From: the human T2T-CHM13v2.0 reference genome, Homo sapiens | Strand: one strand, 5' to 3' | NCBI RefSeq assembly: GCF_009914755.1 | Contig: NC_060929.1 | DNA: 64,000 nt | Part shown: piece by piece, positions 13,495-25,799 of the stretch | Layout: every line of letters begins with the position of its first letter | Position numbering within the stretch: the stretch's first letter is position 1 | Notes under the pieces: generated by a model | Database searches by the model: none | The model's input: the letters and a program-made list of their open reading frames with translations, nothing else | What the model was told of the DNA's origin: nothing | Program-made: the position numbers and the translations under genes

Positions 13495-15971
13495 TGATAT
13501 GGTTTGGCTCTGTGTCCCCACCAAAATCTCACCTTGAATTCTAATAATCCCCACGTGTCAAGGGCAGGACCAGGTGGAGATAACTGAATCATGGGAGCAG
13601 TTTCCACCATGCTCTTCATGTGAAAGTGAGTTCCATCTATGACCATATCACCCTGAACACACCCAATCTCGTCTGACAGTGAGTTCTCACGAGATCTGAT
13701 GGTTTTATGAGAGGCTTCCCCCTTTTCTAGGCACTCATTTTCCCTCCTGCTGCCATGTGAAGAAGGATGTGTTTGATTCCCCTTCCGCCATGATTGTAAG
13801 TTCCCTGAGGTCTCCCCAGCCATGCAGAACTGTAAGTCAATTAAACCTCTTTCCTTTATAGATTATCCAATCTCAGGCAGTTCTTTATAGCACTGTGAGA
13901 ACAGACTAACACAGTAAACTGCTACCACAGAGAGTGGGGCACTGCTGTAAAGATACACGACATGTGGAAGTGACTTTGGAACTGGGTAACAGGCAGAGGC
14001 TGGAACAGTTAGAGGGCTCAGAAGACAGAGGAAAATGTGGGAAAGCTTGGAACGTCCTATAGACCTGTTGAATGGCTTTGACCAAATTGCTGATAGTGAT
14101 ATGGACAATGAAGTCCAGGCTAAGATGGTCTGAGATGGAGATGAGGAACTTGTTGGGAACTGGAATAAAGGTGATACTTGCTATGCTTTAACAAAGAGAC
14201 TGACAGCATTTTGCCACTGCACTAGAAATCTGTGGAACTCTGAACTTGAGAGAAATGATTTAGGGTATCTGGTGGAAAAAATTTCTAAGCAGCAAAGCAT
14301 TCAAGAGGTGACTTGGGTGCTCTTTAAAACATTCAGTTTTATATATTCACAAAGATACAATCTGGAATTGGAACTTATGTTTAAAAGTGAAGCAGAGCAT
14401 AAAAGTTTGGAAAATTTGCAGCCTGATGATGCAACAGAAAAGAAAAACCCATTTTCTGAGGAGAAATTCAAGCTGGCCACAGAAATTTGCATAAGTAACA
14501 AGGATCTGAATGTTAATCACCAAGACAATAGGGAAAAATGTCTCCAAGGCATGTCAGAGATCTTCATGGCAGCCCCTCCCATCACAGGCCCAGAGGCCTA
14601 GGAGGAAAAAGTGGTTTCCTGGTCAGGGCCCAGGGACTTGCTGCTTTGTGTAGTCTTTAGTGCCCTGTATCCCAGCCGTGGCTAAAAGGGGCCAAGACAG
14701 AGCTCAGGCTGTTGCTTCAGATGGTGCAAGCCCCAAGCCTTGGCAATTTACACATGGTGTTGGGCCTGTGGGTGCACAGAAGTCAAGAATTGAGGTTTGG
14801 GAACCTCCATCTAGATTTCAGACGGTGTATGAAAATGCTTGCATGTCCAGGCAGAAGTTTGCTGCAGGGGTGTAGCTCTCATGGAGAACTTCTGCTAGGA
14901 CACTGTGGAAGGGAAATGTGGGGTTGGAGCCCCCACACAAAGTCCCCACTGGGTACTGCCTAGTGGAGCTGTGAGAAGAGGGCCACTATCCTCCAGACCC
15001 CAGAATGGGAGATCCACCGACAGCTTGCACTGGGCGCCTGGAAAAGCCACAGGCACTCAATTCCAGCCCATGAAAGCAGTCAGGAGGGGGTGCTGTATCC
15101 TGCAAAGCCATAGAGGTGGAGCTGCCCAAGGCTGTGGGAGCTCACTTCTTGCATCAGTGTGACCTGGATGTGACACATGGAGTCAAGGGAGATCATTTTG
15201 GAACTTGAAGGTTTAATGACTGCCATATTGGGTTTTGGACTTGCATGGGGCCTGTAGCTCTTTTGTTTTGGCCAATTTCTCCCCTTTGGAATGGGTGTAT
15301 TTACCCAATGCCTGTACCCTCATTGTATCTAGGAAGTAACTAACTTGCTTTTGATTTTACAGGCTCATAGGCGGAAGGGACTTGCCTTGTCTCCAATGAA
15401 ACTTTGGACTTGGACTTTTGGGTTAATGCTGGAAAGAGTTAAGACTTTGGGGGACTGTTGAAAGGGCACATTTGTGTTTTGAAATGTGAGGACATGAGAT
15501 TTGGGAGGGGCCAGGGCAGAATTATAAGGTTTGGCTCTGTGTTCCCACCCAAATCTCACCTTGAATTGTAATAATCCCCATGTGTCAAGGGTGGGATCAC
15601 GTGAAAATACTTGAATCATGGGGGTGATTTCCTCCATGCTGTTCTCGTGATAGCGAGTAAGTTCTCATGAGATCTGAGAGAACTCACTCACTATCACCGC
15701 TTTTATAAGGGACTTCCTTCCCCCTTAAAAAGTCCTCTGAGAGAACTATCAGTGGTTTTATAAGGAGCTGCCTTCCCCCTTCACTCAACACTCATTTATC
15801 TCTCCTGCCGCCATGTGAAGAAGGACATGTTTGCTTCCCTTTCCACCATGATTGTAAGTTTCCTTAGGTGTCCCCAGCCCTGTGGAACTGTGAGTCAATT
15901 AAACATCTTTCCTTTATAAATTACCCAGTCTCGGGCAGTTCTTTGCAGCAGTATGAGAATGGACTAATATA
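13495..15971 (+). mobile_element. Complete THE1-type (THE1D-like) MaLR: LTR 13495-13913, internal region 13914-15521, LTR 15522-15971
   Basis: LTRs begin tgatatggtttggctctgtgtcccc / ttataaggtttggctctgtgttccc and end gactaacaca / gactaatata; 5-bp TSD ctatg at 13490-13494 and 15972-15976; polypurine tract before the 3' LTR. Confidence 0.93.
13635..13676 (+). pseudogene. 5S rRNA 5' fragment (nt 1-42), tailless retro-insertion
   Basis: atctatgaccatatcaccctgaacacacccaatctcgtctga vs 5S GTCTACGGCCATACCACCCTGAACGCGCCCGATCTCGTCTGA: 35/42 identical, all differences transitions; flanked by a duplicated agtgagttc. Confidence 0.88.
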
Positions 15972-17410
15972 CTATGAAAGATACAAGAAGAAATAGAAGA
16001 ACATAGAGTGAGTTAAAACATGGACATCCTGCGAAGCCTCTACTAATAATCAAGTTGCTAATTAATCTTCAACAATTAGGTAGCAGTTTCGTCACTACTA
16101 TTTTTGCCGTTACTGTTGACATCCTATCTCCTGTATTAATGTAAGTCATTAAAATGTAATTCTGACTACCCTATTATATAGGCTTGTTATTATATATTAA
16201 GAACAAATCATTGACTATGTTTAGAAATTGTTAAAGACTTTACAAAATGTTAAGAATTAGCGTTTACAGTCACATAAAATGCTAAATTATTAGACACCAC
16301 ACTTTTCATTGGGTTTGGCACTCCCCATGCCATCCATGCATTTTTTTTAATTGGCTATCAGTCACAACGCCTAGCTAAACCTGACCAAATAACATCAGAG
16401 TTCATATACAAAGATGCTAAGAGAGGGTTACTCTCTGCTTTTCAAGACTAGAAGTATTAAGGATGATGTATTTTATCTTAGTCCCATGGAAAGTGTTTAT
16501 CTGAGAATGAAGACAACCTGAAAGAAAACAGGAATGAAAAATAGAGTGGCAGCATGTAATTGACAGTGTCTCAACCCCTGGGTTGTCTTGTCTGAAATTA
16601 GGATCCAACATTTGATATTCCTAATTATGTACACAAAAAATTTCTTTATATTTTAGCTAAGATGAATTAAGTTTGTTGAATTTATTACTTATAAACAAGT
16701 TAAACTTTCAGTATCTTAAGTCCACAATTATTTTATGAGTATAACACGTTAAACTTAACATTTTTATAAAAGCAAAACAAATACTATTATACAAATCTTA
16801 TTTTAAGACGGGTTAAAGATTTTGATAATGTCACTGGTTTGACTATTAAAATCCATGTCCATCATCAGTGAATCAGTTATTTGTTATAATAAATCTACAT
16901 GACTTTCTTACACAAATACTAAAATATTCAAAAAGGGCTATAAACAATTATATCCTGTCAAAGTTACAACAGAACTGTATATTATCTCCAAGTATTAAAA
17001 ATTTGTCTGTTTATTAAAATGATCAAGTTTTAAAAAATGTAATGACTAGTTAAAACTAGGTAGTTCTAAATGCTACTCCCATTTTACTTGTATTACTCTG
17101 AAGGTTAAATAGTTGTAAATAAGCAAAAGAAACAACAACCCTAATTTTAAAAAATGTTATCTCACATACTAGAATTCCATGGCACAGTCTTTTACATGGC
17201 AATTTAGACACAAACACACACACACAGAGCTACAAAAAAAGTAGATTGACATGTATAGAAAAGGAAAGCATGCTATGATATATTGGGATGTGGAAAGCAG
17301 CAAACTGCAAGTCAATACACATTTACATACAAAGATATATATACACACATACACATTTATATACACATATCATGCTGTCATTTAAAAAATACCTTTTTGC
17401 ATATACATCT

Positions 17411-17715
17411 ACAGTCATGCACTGCATAACAACTTTTCAGTCAATGATGGATCACATGTAGAATTGTAGTCCCATAAGATTATAATACTATATTTTTACT
17501 GTATCTTTTCTATGTTTAGACACTTACCATTGTGTTAAAACTGCCTACAGTATTCAGTACACTAATATGCTGTACATGTTCATAGCCTAAGAGCAACAGA
17601 CTATACCACATAGCCTGGATATGTAGTACACTACACCATCAAGGATTGTGTAAGTACACTCTATGATGTTCACAAAATGATGAAATCACCTAACGATGCA
17701 TTCCTTTACCATACC
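17411..17715 (+). mobile_element. Tigger3/MER7-type DNA transposon deletion derivative
   Basis: ta|cagtcatgcactgcataac...gtcccataagattataatac...gaaatcacctaacgatgca. Confidence 0.8.
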
Positions 17716-18951
17716 CTGTGTAATAATGGTAAATAAATTACGTATAACTGTATAATAAATGGCAAATAAACTGAGCATGATAGTAAACACTTCATTTTAT
17801 TTTGCTCATTTAAATCTCACAATTCCCAAGAAAATACACATACACATTTATAATTATACCAGAAAAGGATACTTTCTAGTGGTTACCTCTGGAGAGTGGT
17901 ATTTCTGTCAGAACAGGGAGGTGGGTGGGAAGGGTATGAAAGGGAAGAATTTCACTTTTTATCATATATTCTTCTGTACCATTTTAATTTTTTTTACTCA
18001 GCTTATAATACCTTAAAGTTTTTAAAAAGCAGAACAAAATAAATATTCTTTTAAAGCTTTTAATATAAATATATGAGATTAAATATAGGAAAAGAGAACT
18101 TTTAAGATATAAACGAGCTAAAATATTTTCATCTTTAAAAAGCAGGTCTTTAGATTATGAGCATGTTGTCAGTTATAAAAATAGAATACTAAGATTATAC
18201 TCATCAGCAGTCTGTTATACACATTACTTTATCCAGTGAGATGATGTCAGAAGGCAAGCATGGGTGTGTGACATTCACATGGTTAAAGGATCACATCACT
18301 AGCTCCGTTTCTTTATACCTTAAAAGGAAGTTTAGTTTTGAAGCTGAAGTTCACCCTATACAACATTTTAATGTCACTGTTCTATTAAGATAACTTAATC
18401 CTAACAGGCTTATACTTAACAACAAAACAAATGCCAGTAAAAACAAAAACTCATATTTAAAATGCATCATCTTCCCAATCTAATATAATACCATTAATTA
18501 AACACATATTATGTGACACGCTTTTGAGTAGAGAGGGATATGAGGGTGGAAAAATAAATACTACGTATTTTTTTGTGTTTGAGAAACTCAGTTTAGTAAC
18601 AGAGCAACCCACAATAAATAATAAAATAGATAAAATTTAGTAGGCATATCTATCAAATAATGGAAACACAGAAGAGGGTAGCAAACAAACTCCACTAGTC
18701 CTGGCATCATAATTATTTTTCTTATTTTCTTATTCTATAGAGCTATTCTCAGAAATTGCTGAGAATTCCTAAATTTTACTCAATAAGCAAATGAATGAAT
18801 TTACAGGTTTTATAGGAATACTAGTTACCTAAATATTTATAAACCCAGGTCTCTAACAAATGGAATTCAAGACACAGTACAATTAAATTCAGTGTTCTGT
18901 GCTGCATATTTGAATAAATTTTATAATAAAATCTACACACACATTTATTTA

Positions 18952-19175
18952 CAGAAATGGTCCTTAATGGGGGGCAATTTTGTCTCCCAGGGAACATTTG
19001 GCAATATCTGGAGACATTTCTGCTTGTCACAACTGGTTTGGGGTGGGGGTGCTACTGGCATCTAGTAGGTAGAGGCCGGGGCAGTGCTGAACACCCTAAA
19101 ATACACACAGCAGCTTCTCAAAACAAATAATCATCTGGCTCAATTTGTTAGTAATGCCAGCATTGAAGAACCCTG
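18952..19175 (+). mobile_element. MER20 hAT MITE
   Basis: 'ggggcaattttgtctcccagggaacatttggcaatatctggagacattt...gctactggcatctagtaggtagaggcc...gaagaaccctg'. Confidence 0.85.
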
Positions 19176-19804
19176 ATTTACAGTAATAGTTTACCAACTG
19201 ACAACTCAAACTATTAAGCAGACTCACCATCTTACAGTCAGCTAAAAAACTAGAGAAGTGACAAAAAACAAAAAAACACAAAACACAAAAACCAAACATG
19301 AGGTTGAATCAAGGCACTACCTATTACAGAGCACATATTATGTGTCAGGCACTAGACTGAGACCTTGCCTCTACAGAAAGCAAGATTACCTCTGAGTAAA
19401 GAAATCTGCCTAAGATTGCCCTGACAGTTAATCACAGTTGGGCTGCAAGTCTCCATCTGTTTCATCTAAAGCTCATGCTTTTCCCAGCACATCACTAAGC
19501 AGCCAAAATAGATTTTATGAAGTCCAAAGTTCATGGACTTTATTCATGGGACAGCCCCTAAGATCCTGACTCAGGGCGTACTCACTCTTAGAATAGACAA
19601 ATTCTAATAAGTTTGGCTATCAGGATTTTAAAATCATGGCAACATAGCAAAGAAAGGGGCTGCTACAAAGCTTGCACCAAGGCCAGAGGGATATATGAAA
19701 ATCATTTTAAAAAGGATATGGTAAAACAAAAAACAAACAAGACAAAAAGTACAAAAAGTTTAGAGCCTTCATTACAGAGATACACTGCATACTCTACAGT
19801 GGTA

Positions 19805-20165
19805 CAACGGAGAAAAGGAAGGAGAGGGGGAACAGAGAAGGGGGGAGAGGGAACTGAGAAAAGAGGGAGGAAGAGAAAGGTGACAAGGAAGGGTGAAGAA
19901 AAGAGTGAGAAGATGAAGGGGCGAAAGGAAGAAGTAGAGAAGGGATGAGAAGGAGAAAGGGCAGAAGAGAGTGGGGGAGCACAAATCAAGAAAGAGAGAG
20001 GAGGTGGAGCGAATAACTTAGTGAAATACTGTGGGGGAAATTTAGACCAACAGAAAACAAGGAAACTGAAGAGAGAAGAAGAAAGAAAAAAAGGGAAACT
20101 AATCCTAATGCAAGAAAACCTGGGACCTAGACAGAAATAAATGAAGAATGAGAAGGGAGAATAAG
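19805..20165 (+). repeat. GA-rich low-complexity region
   Basis: Extreme purine bias; source of spurious ORFs 19613-20175. Confidence 0.85.
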
Positions 20166-20230
20166 AGGTGTTCAACAGATTCCTAGAAATGAAGGCCAGA
20201 GGTGTTCAACAGATTCCTAGAAATGAAGGC
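20164..20230. repeat. Perfect 33-bp tandem duplication (period 34)
   Basis: agaggtgttcaacagattcctagaaatgaaggc occurs twice, separated by one C. Confidence 0.95.
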
Positions 20231-20264
20231 TTTTAAGCCACTCCTGTTCCAAAAAGCTGTGTAT

Positions 20265-20580
20265 CTTCACTGTCCAATGTGGTTAGTAGATACTAGTTGC
20301 AAGTGACTATGAGCACTGGAAATGTAGTTAGTCTTAATTGAAGTTTGTTGTTAAGTATAAACCATAAACTTGCTTTCAAAACTTTAGTATGAAAAAATAG
20401 TAAAATAACATTTAATAATGTTTTATACTAATTACATCAAATGATGTTTTAGATATACTGGCTTAATAAAAATATTAAAGTTAATGTCATGTTTCTTTTT
20501 ACTTTTTTAGTATGGCTACCAGGAAATTTAAAATTACACATGTGGCTCACATTATATTTCTATTACGCAACACTATTCTA
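20265..20580. mobile_element. MER33-type hAT MITE
   Basis: 'ctgtccaat...gagcactggaaatgtag...aaatttaaaattacacatgtggctcacattatatttctatt'. Confidence 0.7.
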
Positions 20581-21329
20581 GATTTTTAAGATTGCTGTAA
20601 GACCCATGCTAGTAACAAAGTAAAATAACAGGAATTACTGCCATTCTTACCTCCATCCCCAACTTTCAGAATCCTGTTGGCAAGAGATGTGGAACTATAT
20701 TATCTAGCTGTGCAAACTTGGTTATAACAGTAATTATAATTGCAAACAGGACACAGACCTCTATTATAATTGTTTTTAACAGTTAAAACTAAGCAAGTGA
20801 GGCTTATTTGAATTGAGTGAAGACTGGTGAAATAAAACTATAAAATTTAATAAAAGACAATGAAACTAGAAGATGCATTTTGCAACCTTGGAACAATGTT
20901 GCGGTCTTAAAGATTTGACATTATCTCACCACCATGTTGAAGAAAGATGTTTGAAGATTTTCATTACATTCACTCACACTACAAAATACATGCCCATACT
21001 TTTGAAAGCCCGTTCTCCAGTACCTAGTCAATGTTTTTAAAAGCTGTTTTTTAAAAAAAAAAACTTTCTCATCCCTCATATAAAATCATTTTATCATCTC
21101 TTATATATTAAAAAACAGCCAGAGTATTTTAAAACTTCACTACGGAAAAATAAATGCCTATGTACTTGCTTCTCTAGCTATAGAAAAAAACCTATATTTA
21201 TTGCACAATACTACATAAAAAATTGTATTACATAGTGACTATATTCTCATCCCCTTCTATTTCTATGAAATAAAAATCAAATCCAAGTCACAGTTCAATT
21301 ACTTGACAAAGAATATTTGGAAGGATTAA

Positions 21330-21500
21330 AACAGTACTGCTCAAACTTGAATGTACACATACATTTACTTGAGACTCTTTATTGAACTGTAGATCCTGAT
21401 TTAGTAGGTCTGGGGTGGGGCTAAAATAGTGCATTTTCAAACAAGCTTCAAGGCGATACCAATACTGATGAACTGTGGATCATATTTTGAGCAGCAAGGG
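21330..21500. mobile_element. MER5A-type hAT MITE
   Basis: 'gatcctgatttagtaggtctggggtggggc...tgcattttcaaacaagcttc'. Confidence 0.7.
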
Positions 21501-21891
21501 ATTAAACATAAAATGATTCTTTCATTAAAAACAATTTATATTTAATATACTAAAAGGTGGGGGGAACGTTATCCCAAAGACCCATTCTGTTTTCTATTTT
21601 AGGGTATCTCCTAAAATAGCAGGCATTTTAGTGTTTGCATGAATTGGCTGTCCAGCATTACAAGGCTGAGAAACATACCAATCCACTCATCAAACTCAAG
21701 AATTCTGGGCTGCTACTAGAGATCAAGTCAATATTTATTTGGGACCAGGGCCCCCACAATTTGGGCTCTAATTTAGATCCAAATAATGGGGATACAACAT
21801 CAGGAAAAGAGAAAGTTATAATATAGTTCTTTGGGCTTATGGCTATATTTATGAAATATGGCACACATATGTAGTTACATATGAATACTTA

Positions 21892-24227
21892 CAAGCATAC
21901 TTCATTTTATTGAGCTTCACAGATACTCTGTTTTTTACACATTGAAGGTTTGTGGCAAACCTGCTTCAAGCAAGTTCATTGGTGCCATTTTTCCAAAAGC
22001 ATGCGCTCACTTTGCATGTCTGTCACATTTTGGCAATTCTTACAATACTAAAAATGTTTTCATTATTATTATCTGTTAGGGTGATCTGTGATCAGTGATC
22101 CTCAATGTAACTATTATCATTGTTATGGGGCACCATGAACTGGACCCATAAAGGACGATGAACTTAATAAATGTGTGTTCCAATTCCTCCACCAACTAGC
22201 TGTTCTTGTCTCTCCCTCTCTCCTTGGGCCTATTTCCTGAGACAAAATATTCAGTAAAATTGGGCAAATTAATAACACTACAATGGCCTCTAAGTGTTCA
22301 AGTGAAAGGGAGAGTCAACCATCTCTCACTTTAAATCACAAATTAGAGATTGAGCTTAGTGAAGAAAGTCCAGAGAGGCCTCTTGAGACAAACAGGTAGC
22401 CAACTTGTGAATGCAAAGGAAAAGTTCTTGAAGAAAATTAACAGTACTACTCCAATGAACACACAAATAATATGAAGGCAGAACAGCCTTACTGCTGATA
22501 GAAAGTTTTAGTGGTCCAGATAGAAGATTAAACTGGCTACCAACATTCCTTTAAACTAAAGCCTAACCCAGAGCAAGCAAGACCCCAACTCTCTTAAATG
22601 TTATGAAGGCTGAGAGGTGAGGAAGCTGCAGAAGAAAAGTGTGAATGGTTCACGAGGTTAAAGGAAAGAACCCATCTCCGTAACATAAAATGGCAAGGTA
22701 AAGCAGTAGGTGCCGATACAGAAGCTGCAACAAGTTATCCAGCAGATACTGCTAAGATCACTGACCAAGGTAGCTACACTAAACAACAGATTTTCAATGC
22801 AGATGAAACAATCTTCAACTGGAAGAAGACGCCATCGAGAACTTTCATAACTAGAGAGAAGTCAATGTCTAGCTTCAAAGCTTCAAAAGACAGGCTGACT
22901 CATGTCTGGGGCTAATGCAGCTCGTGACTTTAGATTGAACCCAATGATCATTTACTATTCTGAAAATCCTAGAGATCTTAAGAATTATGCTAAAGCTGCT
23001 TTGTCTGTGCTTTACAAATGGAACAAGGCCTGGATGACAGCACATCTGTTTACAGCATGGTTTACTACATATTTTAAACATACTGTTGAGAAAACAGTAT
23101 TTGCTATTGCTCAGGAAAAAAAAGGATTTCTTTCAAATTGTTACGGCTCATTGACAATGCACCTAGTCACCCAAGAGTTGACAGTTACAAGGAGATTAAT
23201 GTTGTTTTCATGTTTGCTAACACAACATCCATTCTGCAGCCCATGAATCGGGGAATTGGGGAATAATTTTGATTTTCAAGTTTTATTTTAATGAAATACA
23301 TTTTACAACACTACAGCCACCATAGACAGTGATTCCTCTGATGGATCTGGGCAAAGCAAACTGAAAACCTTCTGGAAAGGATTTATCGTTCCAGATGCCA
23401 TTAAGAACATTCCTGATTCATGGGAAGAAATCAAAATCTCAACACTACCAGGAATTTGGAAGAAGTTTATTCCAATACTCATGGATGACTTTGAGGCGTT
23501 CAAGGTGTCAGTGGAGGGAGTCATTGCAGATGTGGAAGAAATAGCAAGAGAACTAGAATTAGAGGGGGAGCCTGAAGATGCAACTGAATTGTTGCAATCT
23601 CATGAAAAAAGCTTTAATGGATAAGGAGTTCCCTCTTATGGAAGAGCAAAAACGGGGTTTCATGAAATCTATTCCTGGTGAAGATGCTATGAACACTGTT
23701 GAAATGACAACAAATAATTCAGAATATTACAGAAACTTAGTTGATGCAGCAGTGGCAGGGTTTGAGAGGACTAACTCCAATTTTGAAAGAAAAAATGCTA
23801 TCAAACAGCACTGCATGCTACGGAGAAATCTTTCGTGACAGGAAGAGTCAATGCGGCAAACTTCATTGCTGTCTTATTTAAAGAAATCGCTACAGTCACC
23901 TTAACCTTCAGCAACCACTACTCTGATAAGGCAGCAGCCACTGACATTGAGGCAAGTTCCTCTACCAACAAAAAAAACCCCACAATTTGCTGAAGGCTCA
24001 GATGACTGTATTTTTTAATCAATATTTTTAAATTAAGGTACACGCATTTTTTAAAAACATAATGCTATTGCACACTTAATGGACTACACTATAGTATAAA
24101 CATAACTTTTTATATTCACTGGGAAACCAAAAAACTCGTGACTTGCTTTATTACAACATTGACTTTATTGCGACACTTTATTGCACTGGTTTAGAATCAA
24201 ACCCACAATATCTCCAATGTATGCCTG
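21892..24227 (+). mobile_element. Near full-length Tigger1 (pogo-like) DNA transposon with a fragmented transposase
   Basis: TA|caagcatac ... gtatgcctg|TA termini; ORF 22902-23246 gives GANAA.DF.L.PM.IY.SENPR.LKNYAK...[14 protein letters not shown] (Tigger DDE region). Confidence 0.92.
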
Positions 24228-24545
24228 TACCATATATTATCAAGTAAAATGAGTAGAAGGCAAAAGAAATACATCCTTATGTGAATAAAAGGTTGAACTG
24301 TAAATTTCTCAGTGATTTTATTCTTTTCTGAACCTACCAAATTTTCTGTAACAAAGATATAATTCTTCTATTACACAAATACATTTTTAAGATACACTGG
24401 ACAAAATCCATGAGAAGCAGGAAAGAAAAGCATTAATGCTGAGTGAATACACAAGAATTTGTATTTAATGATGGTCAAGAAACATTTAGTAAGTGTGGTA
24501 AGGAACAAAGAATTTTAGACAATAATAAAAATTCAAGTTACTTAC

Positions 24546-24643
24546 CTTAGTAAAGTTATTCAGATGGCCTAGCTTTCTCATATTTGATACTCCCTGCAAT
24601 CTGGCCACATTTTGGAGAATCTCTCTTAAGTTATCAGAAGGTT
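24546..24643 (-). CDS. RICTOR: RICTOR coding exon (exon 3, 98 nt)
   Basis: Pyrimidine tract cttgtctttccttctag|AA CCT TCT GAT AAC ... TTT ACT AAG|gtaag = (E)PSDNLREILQNVARLQGVSNMRKLGHLNNFTK. Confidence 0.96.
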
Positions 24644-24896
24644 CTAGAAGGAAAGACAAGACAATTTAACACAATTTTATGAGTATTTTCCTGTTCAAAC
24701 ACATAAAACATGCAGTATTAAAACTTCACAACTTTGGCTCTTGGTTTAAAGTCTTACCCTCCACCCCAAATCTGTTAATTTAAATGACTTCAAAGTCTGT
24801 GACGAATCCAATTAACTTCACATCTCTACTCCCCTGTACCCATGGTCCAGCTCTGTATCATTGCCTGGAATTACTCAACCACAAAATCTTAAATCT

Positions 24897-25324
24897 TGCT
24901 ATTATTTGAATGTGTTCCCCCCAAAGTTGTGTTGGAAACTTAACCACTAATGCAAAAGTGCTGAGAAGTGGGACCTTTAAGAGGTGATTAGGTTATGAAG
25001 GCTCTGCCCCCATGAATGGATTGTTAAGGAGGAAATGGGTTAGCATGAGAGTGAGTTTGTTATAAAAGCTTTTGGCTCTCTCTTGCATGCACCACCCCCA
25101 CCTTGCTTGTGCTCATGCTCTCACAAGCATCTCTCCCCTCACCCCACCTCCAGTGCTCTCTTGACCTTCCAGCATGGGATGACATGGCAAGAAGGCACTT
25201 ACTAGATGAAGGCCCCTCGACCTCAGACTTCCCTGCCTCCAGAACTGTGAGAAATAAATCTCTGTATTTTATAAATCTCCAGTCTCAGATACTGTGTTAC
25301 AGCAGCATGAAACAGACTAAGAAA
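24897..25324 (+). mobile_element. MST-family MaLR solo LTR
   Basis: tgctattatttgaatgtg...gggacctttaagaggtgattagg...acagactaaga; 5-bp TSD aatct. Confidence 0.85.
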
Positions 25325-25440
25325 AATCTCAGCATCACAACTTTCACTTGATAGCTGTTTGATAGCATGGCTACAGTGTAGTAAAAGGGACGAAATATAC
25401 TGTCCCTGTTTGAGTAAACCAAAAAATTAGATAAAATATA

Positions 25441-25790
25441 TAGATGGTCTGTGACTTAGAACGGTTAGACCTAATTTTTCAACTTTACATGGTGCCAAAG
25501 CAATACACATTTAGTAGCAACTATACTTCAAGAACCCATAAAACCATTGTTTTTCAATATAGTACTCAATATATTACATGAAATATAATACATCTTATTA
25601 TAATATAGGCTTTGTGTTAGATAGTCTTGCCCAACTATAGGCTAATGTAAGTGTTCTGAGAATGTTTAAGGTAGGCTAGGCTAAACTAAGATGTTTGGTA
25701 GATTAGGTACATTAAATGCATTTTTGACTTAAGACATTTTCAACTTAACAATGCATGTATTGGGACGTAACCTCATCAGTGAGCTGTGGA
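25441..25790 (-). mobile_element. MER47A (Tigger-derived) MITE
   Basis: 'taggctaatgtaagtgttctgag...tttaaggtaggctaggctaa...gggacgtaacc'. Confidence 0.8.
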
Positions 25791-25799
25791 ATTTTAAGC

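Noticed and set aside
13808-13825. PRDM9 hotspot 13-mer position in the THE1 LTRs
   Set aside because: Both LTRs (gtctccccagccat; gtgtccccagccct) deviate from CCNCCNTNNCCNC.
14272-15162. Several ORFs in the THE1 internal region
   Set aside because: Broken remnants of the non-autonomous MaLR internal ORF.
18952-19175. MER20 as a decidual/progesterone enhancer for RICTOR
   Set aside because: Family-level association only; nothing in this copy's sequence demonstrates activity.
19613-20175. Overlapping 111-aa and 157-aa ORFs
   Set aside because: Low-complexity GA/TC sequence that lacks stop codons by composition.
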